64,000 bases of DNA from a virus: positions 2,025 through 66,024 of IMG/VR virus record IMGVR_UViG_3300010049_000014; one strand, written 5' to 3'. Below are positions 1 to 7,250 of the stretch, piece after piece. The position numbers and the translations under genes were made by a program. Numbering within the stretch: the first letter of the stretch is position 1; every line of letters begins with the position of its first letter. The notes beneath the pieces were generated by a model. The model searched no databases, was not told where the DNA came from, and saw nothing but the letters and a program-made list of their open reading frames with translations.

Positions 1-2
1 AT

Positions 3-1046
3 GAGAATATATACGATATTGCTGAACAGTACAGTATAATGATGTCCTTGCGTGCTGCAAGAGGCAGGCGTGTAATGATTTCCCAGAAAGAGTGGGACAA
101 AGCACGAAAGAGGCTCATCAATGCGTATAAGCTGGGCGGAGAAGTACAGTTAAACTCTGCTAAGTTTAGGATATTCAAAGAACTAGGACTACGAGAAGAA
201 GACTGTGAGCATATACTTACAAGTAGAACATACACTCCATTTAAGAATATTGACGCGTTGATGCGCAGGGTGCAGACAGTAACAATGACCGTAGAACGGA
301 AAGACATATTTGATATTAAAAACGACAAGTTTGTGTATACGCCTATACAGCGTTACGTGAACATATCTGAAAAAGGAAAGCGGCTAGGTAACGAGCTTGT
401 GAAGGTTGGTTTTACAGACAACATTGTGCTTGGCAAAGCTAAAGCACTAGAGTTGTTATTGCGGTTACAGGATTTGTGCAACGGATTTGAACCTATAGAG
501 AATATTGCTGAAGAAGATGAGTGGGATGAGAACAGAAAACGTAAAATAGAATACGTCCCGTTAGGTGAAAACCCAAAGCTAGACTGTCTTGAGGAATTGC
601 TTGATGAAATAGGGTACATGGATAACCAAATTGTTGTTTGGTGTTCAAGGCGAAATGCTTTTGACAGCATCGAGGCTCGACTTACAAAAATGGGTGTATC
701 ATTTGTGTCTTATTCAGGAAAACAAAATACTGAAGAAAAGAAAGAAGCAGAAGAAAAAGCAAAATCAGGAGAGGCTAGAGTGTTCTTGGCTAACCCAAGA
801 GCAGCAGCGTTTGGGCTTAATTGTTTGAAGGCATTTAACTATATGGTTTGGTACTGTGTTGGGCCATCGGTAGAAGAATATCATCAGGCGCAGCACAGGC
901 TTCTTAGAGGTGAATCTAAAAACCCTAAGTTTGCGTATCAAATTAGTATAAGAAACTCGGTAGAGCAAAAGAATTACCGTACACTAAACGCGGGACAGGA
1001 ATTACTAAGTGCTGCTAATAGCGCAGAAATATTTAAGTTTGGGTAG
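3..1046 (+). CDS. SNF2/SF2 helicase, C-terminal part (5'-truncated by window)
   Basis: Frame is open from the window edge. Helicase-C-like motifs VFLANPRAAAFGLN and QAQHRLLRG. Confidence 0.8.
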   Translation, partial: ENIYDIAEQYSIMMSLRAARGRRVMISQKEWDKARKRLINAYKLGGEVQLNSAKFRIFKELGLREEDCEHILTSRTYTPFKNIDALMRRVQTVTMTVERKDIFDIKNDKFVYTPIQRYVNISEKGKRLGNELVKVGFTDNIVLGKAKALELLLRLQDLCNGFEPIENIAEEDEWDENRKRKIEYVPLGENPKLDCLEELLDEIGYMDNQIVVWCSRRNAFDSIEARLTKMGVSFVSYSGKQNTEEKKEAEEKAKSGEARVFLANPRAAAFGLNCLKAFNYMVWYCVGPSVEEYHQAQHRLLRGESKNPKFAYQISIRNSVEQKNYRTLNAGQELLSAANSAEIFKFG

Positions 1047-1055
1047 GAGGAAACC

Positions 1056-1223
1056 ATGCTGATTATTTATGACACAGAAGACGAAAAGAAAGATGTATTG
1101 GCCAATGCAACAGAAGTGCATAGATGCCTTGCAAACAGGGCTGTAGATGATGAGACTACGAACACACTCATCGCGTTTGAGTACCTGCAAAATAAATTAC
1201 ACATGGGGTTGGTGAAAGCATGA
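1056..1223 (+). CDS. Small hypothetical protein (55 aa, MLIIYDTEDEKK...)
   Basis: AGGAGG SD. Fills the gap between genes, and its stop overlaps the next ATG (ATGA). Not in the ORF track. Confidence 0.55.
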   Translation: MLIIYDTEDEKKDVLANATEVHRCLANRAVDDETTNTLIAFEYLQNKLHMGLVKA

Positions 1224-1465
1224 TAAAGAAAAATGAAGATGGCTTATACGATTTAGTCTGCGACAATTGTGAAGATACACAGGCGGAACTTGATCAGGAT
1301 GCTTCCTTTGATGAGTTTATGGAGGCTGTGGAGTACAAAAAACAAAACAGGGATAGATGGTTCGGCGTAAAATCACGAACGGAGAAAGACCCTAAGAAAG
1401 GCTGGTTTGACCTTTGCTATGTGTGCTATAATGATAAGGATGTTGTAGCGAGGTTTCGTAAATGA
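1220..1465 (+). CDS. Hypothetical zinc-ribbon protein
   Basis: Two CxxC motifs (CDNC, CYVC). Translationally coupled to both neighbours. Confidence 0.7.
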   Translation: MIKKNEDGLYDLVCDNCEDTQAELDQDASFDEFMEAVEYKKQNRDRWFGVKSRTEKDPKKGWFDLCYVCYNDKDVVARFRK

Positions 1466-1758
1466 GAACAAGACCTTACCGATGGCAACAAGAGGCTTTT
1501 GTCTTGTTTAGAGACGTAAAAGCATTTATGCTTAATGTTTGTTGTGGGGCCGGGAAGACGTTTGCGGGAATATGGATAGCAACGCATAAAGCACTTCCAG
1601 TGATTGTTATAGCGCCCAAAACTTTATGCAGCCAATGGAAGGATGAGCTTATGTACGAAGGTATAAAGGAAGACGATATTTTTGTGTTCGACCAACCTAC
1701 ATATTCAAAAAATCCAAAACAATACAGGGAGGCGTTTTCACAATGGCTTCAAAGCTAA
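1462..1758 (+). CDS. Stand-alone SF2 helicase N-terminal fragment (Q motif, Walker A, motif Ia)
   Basis: PYRWQ, CGAGKT, VIVIAPKTLCSQW. Stops after 98 aa, before any Walker B. Confidence 0.75.
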   Translation: MRTRPYRWQQEAFVLFRDVKAFMLNVCCGAGKTFAGIWIATHKALPVIVIAPKTLCSQWKDELMYEGIKEDDIFVFDQPTYSKNPKQYREAFSQWLQS

Positions 1759-3173
1759 TGTATCGTGACACTGGCTTCGAGTACGTCAGAGGTTCGGAGA
1801 AAGTGTTGTTTAGTAACGGCGTATGTATAACAACTATGGAGTATCAAGAGTTTGATAAAAAGAACATAATGGTACACGAGATTCTACAACGCGCAAAAAA
1901 GGGTGTTCAACTGTACGATTTTGCTCATGCAGTTAAAGAAGGACAACTACGGCCTATCAAAGCGAGTATTCCAGAACGACCTGCCATTGCAAGGAAAGAG
2001 AAACCAACACTCTCTACACCTACTGTAGAGAAAGTGGTGTCCGACACAAGAACAGAAGTAGTTAATGTCTCTCATTCTCTTAGTGTATCTGATATTGATG
2101 AACTTCTGTCAGAGGAGCAGAAAGAAAGTACACAAACGGCGGAGCCTGAAGCTGAAAGCTATCCAATGTCAGAGCTTATGAATTATTTTACAAAACAACA
2201 AAAAGAAAACCCAAAGCCTGAAGTCCCGGAGATGTCGTCCTTTGCAGAGAGGCAAAAGGGGCTTGAGATACCACCTATGACATCCAATGTCATACATCCC
2301 AAAGAAAACGATATTCCGTACTGGAAAACAGTTCCGTTTATCGTGGAAGTAATCATGCTTCTTGTAGCAGGCGGTTCTGCTGTGATGTCGGCGTATCATA
2401 CAGTACTGTTTATGTCCGGCGTACTAGGCCGTCCTGAATGGGTGTCTTTATTTATTGGTATCATTCTCATTCTCTTTTCTGCTTCATCTTTTACTGCTTC
2501 AAGGCATTTCTTTATGGAGAAGGGTGTGTCCAGTAAAGTTTTTGGTTCAGCATTTGTGTTTTTAGGCATACTTGTTGTTGTATTTTCCATGTTTTCTACA
2601 ATGGGTGTATCACACCAACAATTTGCATGGCAGGAGAAAGATGCTGCAATGGCGGTGATAGAAGCCCGTACTGAAGCAGCTACAGCGCAGCAGACGCGAG
2701 AGTTTATGGAATTAGAAGTGCGGAGGCTTGACAATGAAATCGCAAGGACGCAGGAAGAAATCAGAACCCATACTACCGACAGTAGAAGCCATACTACAGA
2801 TGAGCATACATACCAAGCGCAAGAATTGTGGGGACTTAGGAACATCGCAAGACAAAACAGAATCACGTCGCAGCGTGAATTATCGCAGGCGCAGGAAAGA
2901 CTATCCGTATTTAATAATCAACGTAACGAAGCGTGGGAAAGTCTCGTTAGTTCCAGTACAACAGGGATTGTTGCATCAAGCATCATTAGTGCGGAACGAG
3001 GCGACATATTTACCATTACAGCCAGTGTACTCAACACTGAAGAAGAAACACTAATGTTTTTCATATACACTTTACCTGCTGTGTTTTTTGACCTTGTTGC
3101 GCCTTTTGGCGTGACCATCATATTACTTTTAGAAGACAGAAGACGAAGGAGAAAATTAAATGAAAGCTGTTAA
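1743..3173 (+). CDS. Multi-pass membrane protein with coiled coil
   Basis: Acidic N-terminus, three hydrophobic helices around aa 200-290, heptad-rich segment, C-terminal TM. Confidence 0.75.
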   Translation: MASKLMYRDTGFEYVRGSEKVLFSNGVCITTMEYQEFDKKNIMVHEILQRAKKGVQLYDFAHAVKEGQLRPIKASIPERPAIARKEKPTLSTPTVEKVVSDTRTEVVNVSHSLSVSDIDELLSEEQKESTQTAEPEAESYPMSELMNYFTKQQKENPKPEVPEMSSFAERQKGLEIPPMTSNVIHPKENDIPYWKTVPFIVEVIMLLVAGGSAVMSAYHTVLFMSGVLGRPEWVSLFIGIILILFSASSFTASRHFFMEKGVSSKVFGSAFVFLGILVVVFSMFSTMGVSHQQFAWQEKDAAMAVIEARTEAATAQQTREFMELEVRRLDNEIARTQEEIRTHTTDSRSHTTDEHTYQAQELWGLRNIARQNRITSQRELSQAQERLSVFNNQRNEAWESLVSSSTTGIVASSIISAERGDIFTITASVLNTEEETLMFFIYTLPAVFFDLVAPFGVTIILLLEDRRRRRKLNESC

Positions 3174-3495
3174 AAGATTTTTTACGCAGGTACTCACAGC
3201 GGCAATTGCTACCATTGTTATCGTTGGCACGCTTGCTATCGTATGCGGACTACTGACACTGGTTGTCATGGGTGGTTTTGTTACGGTAGGTATTATTTTT
3301 GATTTATCGTTGCCATATAAAACTATAGCCGCCTTGACCCTATTAGCTGTCATGGCGGCTATTGGTATCTTAGCCATTAAAAAATATTCAGATGGCAAAA
3401 AGATAATTAAGGCGCAGGCTGGAAACGTGCCTCAAACACCCTCTCCTGCCCAGGGCCAGGAGCAGTCACAACCAACACCGCCGTCAAATCAGTAG
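3160..3495 (+). CDS. Small membrane protein (2 TM)
   Basis: Long hydrophobic N-half. Its 3' end overlaps the convergent minus-strand gene by 89 nt. Confidence 0.6.
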   Translation: MKAVKRFFTQVLTAAIATIVIVGTLAIVCGLLTLVVMGGFVTVGIIFDLSLPYKTIAALTLLAVMAAIGILAIKKYSDGKKIIKAQAGNVPQTPSPAQGQEQSQPTPPSNQ

Positions 3496-3886
3496 ATACC
3501 GGGACAGCAGGGTCGAAGTCAACATCTTCAGGGTAAACAGGGGCAGAAAGGAACCAGCCTGTGAACACAAAGCCAGCGCCTGGCATAGCCTGTGCTACAA
3601 TGCGCCTGCCTGAAGGTATTGTGAACTGTTGTGGCGTAGCAATAGAACCAGCGTCTGCTGCTGCTTGTGGTGTTACTGACATCCTGAAGAACACAGGTGG
3701 TGTTATTTCAGGTATGTTCACGTCAAGACCTGTACGTGTGCGCTGTATCTGATTTATGGGGTTTGTCATGGGGTCATCCATGTCCTCAAAATCTTCAGTC
3801 ACCTGAATTGAATTACTGCGTACCGCAAGTTTTTCCGTACCGTCCTGGTACGTTATGCGATACTCTGACATGATTTTACGTGCCAT
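3407..3886 (-). CDS. Putative virion protein with InlB-B-repeat-like beta domain
   Basis: AGGAGG SD. Motif AMPGAGFVFTGWF...FEARF. Last gene of the structural run. Confidence 0.6.
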   Translation of the reverse strand: MARKIMSEYRITYQDGTEKLAVRSNSIQVTEDFEDMDDPMTNPINQIQRTRTGLDVNIPEITPPVFFRMSVTPQAAADAGSIATPQQFTIPSGRRIVAQAMPGAGFVFTGWFLSAPVYPEDVDFDPAVPVSTDLTAVLVVTAPGPGQERVFEARFQPAP

Positions 3887-3896
3887 AAAAAGCCTC

Positions 3897-4379
3897 CTAA
3901 ATAATTATATCGAGCCACAGCGGTATTATTTTATTTACCGCAGGCTTAATGAATCCCAAAACAATTCGCCCAATTTTTAATATCCACATCGCGATAATCG
4001 CGAACCATAGCCAGAAGTTCATTTGTCTGCTCTTGGCTAACTGTTCCTCTATTATCATTAGCCGCGTTGATAAGTCTATTGACCTCTGCGTCATACTGCT
4101 CAAAGAGGAATATAATCCTGTCAATTCTGTCTGTGATGCTATTCGCTCTTGTTCGGATAGCCTCAAGTCGTTCGACCGTTCCTCCAACAAGGCTATCGTA
4201 TTCACTAAGTCTGCGCTCATAGTCAGCATTTCGCCTTTCAAGGTCTGCAATTCTTCGCGTATACTCGATGCTGTCGATGTCAGCGACTGCGACTGTCCTG
4301 CATCCTGTGATAAAAACAGCAAGCAAGATAATAATAACAAAATAAAACTTCCGCATATACGCCCCCAATTTCTTTTCAT
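3897..4379 (-). CDS. Spanin-like membrane protein (N-terminal hydrophobic segment, coiled coil, C-terminal TM)
   Basis: GGAGGGAG SD. FILLLLSCLLFL N-terminus, heptad repeats, C-terminal FWLWFAIIAMWIL. Confidence 0.65.
   Translation of the reverse strand: MKRNWGRICGSFILLLLSCLLFLSQDAGQSQSLTSTASSIREELQTLKGEMLTMSADLVNTIALLEERSNDLRLSEQERIASQTELTGLYSSLSSMTQRSIDLSTRLMIIEEQLAKSRQMNFWLWFAIIAMWILKIGRIVLGFIKPAVNKIIPLWLDIII
3946..4356 (-). CDS. Nested lipoprotein, o-spanin-like
   Basis: ATG at 4356 with GGGGG SD. Signal MRKFYFVIIILLAVFITG-C, then coiled coil. Lies entirely within 3897-4379 in another frame. Confidence 0.7.
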   Translation of the reverse strand: MRKFYFVIIILLAVFITGCRTVAVADIDSIEYTRRIADLERRNADYERRLSEYDSLVGGTVERLEAIRTRANSITDRIDRIIFLFEQYDAEVNRLINAANDNRGTVSQEQTNELLAMVRDYRDVDIKNWANCFGIH

Positions 4380-4673
4380 TTAATCTCCCTCCGCGCCTTT
4401 TTCCATGTTCACTGCAATACTTCCATCTATTTGAGACACAATATATAAGAGATTACCAAGGTGCATTTCCTCATCGTGCATAATTTCTTCAAGCCTGTTG
4501 ATAACACCTTTCTCATCTTTATACCCACTCTCTTTAAGACAGTCGATTATTTCAGCATAAAGATTTTGCGCTGATAATTCGTCTGCCGCTGCTCCACGTA
4601 ATGCCCGAATAATTTCGGATATTCTCATAAACTTGCCATTACGGGGCAAGCACCGTGTCTCTACCTTCGCCAT
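4380..4673 (-). CDS. Ferritin-like (two-helix, half-ferritin) protein
   Basis: DELSAQNLY and IMHDEEMH (ExxH) di-iron ligand pattern. Confidence 0.7.
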   Translation of the reverse strand: MAKVETRCLPRNGKFMRISEIIRALRGAAADELSAQNLYAEIIDCLKESGYKDEKGVINRLEEIMHDEEMHLGNLLYIVSQIDGSIAVNMEKGAEGD

Positions 4674-4678
4674 ACGCT

Positions 4679-4709
4679 ATTATAACCCCACACCCCTTGT
4701 ATTTGTCAA
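4679..4709 (-). promoter_or_regulatory. sigma70-like promoter TTGACA-N19-TATAAT, 5 nt upstream of the ATG at 4673
   Basis: Both hexamers are perfect consensus, but the spacer is unusually long. No SD before the ATG. Confidence 0.5.
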
Positions 4710-5078
4710 CTCTATAGCGAAACTTGTTCCTTTTGATGTTGGTTGCGGTGTAAGGCGTACAGCAGGCCCTTCAGCGTGTACCGCATCCTGTACCTGCATA
4801 AGTATAACTCCTGCCGGAACTTCACCAAGGATATATTCGCTCCACTGAATACCATCTTCCATATCAACAGGGTCTAAGCCACGCTGCTTTACAATGCTAA
4901 ACATAGCTCTGTCAAGTACTTCCTCACCAGGGTTTGTGATACACTCAATATCTGTTATGATTGTAGGGTCAAAAGGATTCCCGTACACAGGGAACAAATC
5001 AAACACGTCATCAACAAGCACCATCACAGGGCCGCGAGGCTGATACATTTTTTCTTTTCTGCTTACTCTAAAATCCAT
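4680..5078 (-). CDS. Putative baseplate wedge protein (gp25/gp46-like)
   Basis: Size and position in the baseplate module. SIVKQRGLDPVDMEDGIQWSEYILG resembles sheath-initiator proteins. Confidence 0.45.
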   Translation of the reverse strand: MDFRVSRKEKMYQPRGPVMVLVDDVFDLFPVYGNPFDPTIITDIECITNPGEEVLDRAMFSIVKQRGLDPVDMEDGIQWSEYILGEVPAGVILMQVQDAVHAEGPAVRLTPQPTSKGTSFAIELTNTRGVGL

Positions 5079-5081
5079 ATC

Positions 5082-6056
5082 TTACATTCCGTCATAATCC
5101 CACAGCAAATGTCCGTATGTAGGGCTATTTGGGTCTCTGTCTATAAATACCGTAGGGGTATTACTGCCGCCGTAATAAAGTCTAAGATGTCCGTCACTTT
5201 CTACACGGAAAGCCCACATATTAGGCACCGCTATAGCGCCAAATCCAACCGGGTTTTTTGATATGTACCAGTCTTGTATCACATACCACACGTTATCAAT
5301 ACGTTGAAGTGTCCGTGTATACTCTATACCACTATCTATATATTGAAGTTCTTGCGTTGCTATCCAAGCAGGTACTGCTGATGTTAGAGTTTCAGTATTA
5401 CTACGAACAGTAAGAGTAAACTTACCGCTGTCTTGATAGGGTATAGGAGGCCCATTTTGGAATGTTCGACTACCATCTTCCATGACGTACATTCTTGTTC
5501 TAGTATAGGTATTTAGATTTGATGATGCCATTGGCCAAGCCTGCGATGTTCCTTCTCCTACTACGTGCCACGCAGATGAATTGGTGTACGGCATAGGACG
5601 ATTGTTTGTTGTGGCACTAATAGCACATTGGTACCATTGAACTACTAAACCCTCACCGAGTACCCACACAACATCACCAAGATAATAAGTCCTTGTAGAA
5701 TCATACATATTTCCATTACGTCTAAAAAACACGTCTAAAAAGTTGAGAACCCCAATAAGCAAATCCACAACCATATTTAAGTTAAATGATGTACGTCCTG
5801 TGAAGTGATTTTGGAACTCACGCGCAATAGATGCACCTTGTGTTTGTATTCCTTTATCTACCACAACAGGAGCAGTCTCAATATTGTCTTGTATTGGAAT
5901 GTTTTGCTCATTTGCGTAGTCGTAAGACGCAGTGCCTTCAATCATTCTTTGGTTATACGCTTCTTGTGTATAGCCGAAACGAGAAAGACGACCCGCTGGT
6001 GACGCTAAACGATTAAGCAAGGCCAACGCATCATTAAGGGCGTTTACAACAATCAT
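5082..6056 (-). CDS. Tail fibre / receptor-binding protein
   Basis: ChtBD3-like segment YDSTRTYYLGDVV...WYQC and a pyocin-knob-like segment NLNTY...ATQELQY...EYTR. Confidence 0.6.
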   Translation of the reverse strand: MIVVNALNDALALLNRLASPAGRLSRFGYTQEAYNQRMIEGTASYDYANEQNIPIQDNIETAPVVVDKGIQTQGASIAREFQNHFTGRTSFNLNMVVDLLIGVLNFLDVFFRRNGNMYDSTRTYYLGDVVWVLGEGLVVQWYQCAISATTNNRPMPYTNSSAWHVVGEGTSQAWPMASSNLNTYTRTRMYVMEDGSRTFQNGPPIPYQDSGKFTLTVRSNTETLTSAVPAWIATQELQYIDSGIEYTRTLQRIDNVWYVIQDWYISKNPVGFGAIAVPNMWAFRVESDGHLRLYYGGSNTPTVFIDRDPNSPTYGHLLWDYDGM

Positions 6057-6066
6057 ACATACCTCC

Positions 6067-6939
6067 TTATGTCTCTTGTATCACTCTATTAAAAAAAGTA
6101 AACATTGGAAACTTCATGCGCAGGGCAATGAGCCATGCTGCATACCTTCTTGCTCTGTTATAGACTGTCTTAGAATCATCTAAGCTATAGTAGCATATAT
6201 AATGCCAGTTTGTCTGCACAACCTCCAAGTTATATATATACCCTTCGCCCATGACTTGAGTAATATTAAACAATTCCGCTAAGTTAGTACCTTTTCTTCT
6301 GATTCGCTGTAATGCCTCAAAAAGCATTTTGTAAGTCATCACATCAAGCGGCAGTTCTGCATCAAACAGTTCCCGAAAGTGTAAATATTTCAGCCCATAA
6401 AACTCAACGTATGCTGCGTCTTGCGGCGGGGCAGAAAGAATATGCTCTGGAATCAGTGTCCCGTCTTTTTCAAACACATCAACGCCTTCCCTTATGTAGC
6501 CTAGCGGAACTGCTCCGCGCTCAACATAGGTAGTCCTGCGCTCATCATTTGCTAAGGTATTTATGTCTGTATCATAATCATCCTGCGTTGTCCTCACAAA
6601 CATAAAGCTCTCATAAGACATATCCAAAAGTCCTCTTTCTGAACGCTGCACGCCGTTTATCATCTGCCCTTCTGTAAACCAAATAGAGCCTATCGAAGAA
6701 TCAGCCAAAGCACGCGGTTGAAACAATCCACCAATTTTACCTATGTTATAAATATCCTGTGATCTTATCGCTAATCTTTCTGTTGTGTGTTCTTCGTACA
6801 TTATCCACTGAAATTGCGCGTTATACACAAGCTCATCTAACAGCCCTGTGACATGGCAGTACCCATTCAAGAATGTACACAGCGCATTGAGGAAAAACCC
6901 ATTTAGTTCACCGCGAAAAAATCTAAAGAACTGCTTCAT
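6067..6939 (-). CDS. Putative baseplate wedge subunit
   Basis: Long coupled ORF between the baseplate and fibre genes. Assignment by position only. Confidence 0.5.
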   Translation of the reverse strand: MKQFFRFFRGELNGFFLNALCTFLNGYCHVTGLLDELVYNAQFQWIMYEEHTTERLAIRSQDIYNIGKIGGLFQPRALADSSIGSIWFTEGQMINGVQRSERGLLDMSYESFMFVRTTQDDYDTDINTLANDERRTTYVERGAVPLGYIREGVDVFEKDGTLIPEHILSAPPQDAAYVEFYGLKYLHFRELFDAELPLDVMTYKMLFEALQRIRRKGTNLAELFNITQVMGEGYIYNLEVVQTNWHYICYYSLDDSKTVYNRARRYAAWLIALRMKFPMFTFFNRVIQET

Positions 6940-7250
6940 GTTGGCATCCTTAAAGTGGAGCTTGCGGGGAATCTGTCTGCTATTTGAGGAACAGCAGGCA
7001 TACCAGATGGTGGAGATGGTGGGTCTGGTGGGTTTGGAAACGGAAACGGGAACAGCGGCGGAAGTCCTACAGACGCAGACACGCGATTCATACTCAACCT
7101 AAAAAAATTACCTATCTGCCCCAGCGTAGGCATCTTTTCTTTTATATCTATTTCATTTACTGCATTTTGTACCTGTGCGTACATCTCTGCGACATTGGGA
7201 ATGTTGTTTGGCAAGCCCGGATTGTCAGGCAAGGTGGGAAGTGGTATCAT
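6936..7250 (-). CDS. Proline-rich hypothetical protein
   Basis: Coupled to both neighbours. Contains PFPFPNPPDPPSPP. Confidence 0.55.
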   Translation of the reverse strand: MIPLPTLPDNPGLPNNIPNVAEMYAQVQNAVNEIDIKEKMPTLGQIGNFFRLSMNRVSASVGLPPLFPFPFPNPPDPPSPPSGMPAVPQIADRFPASSTLRMPT

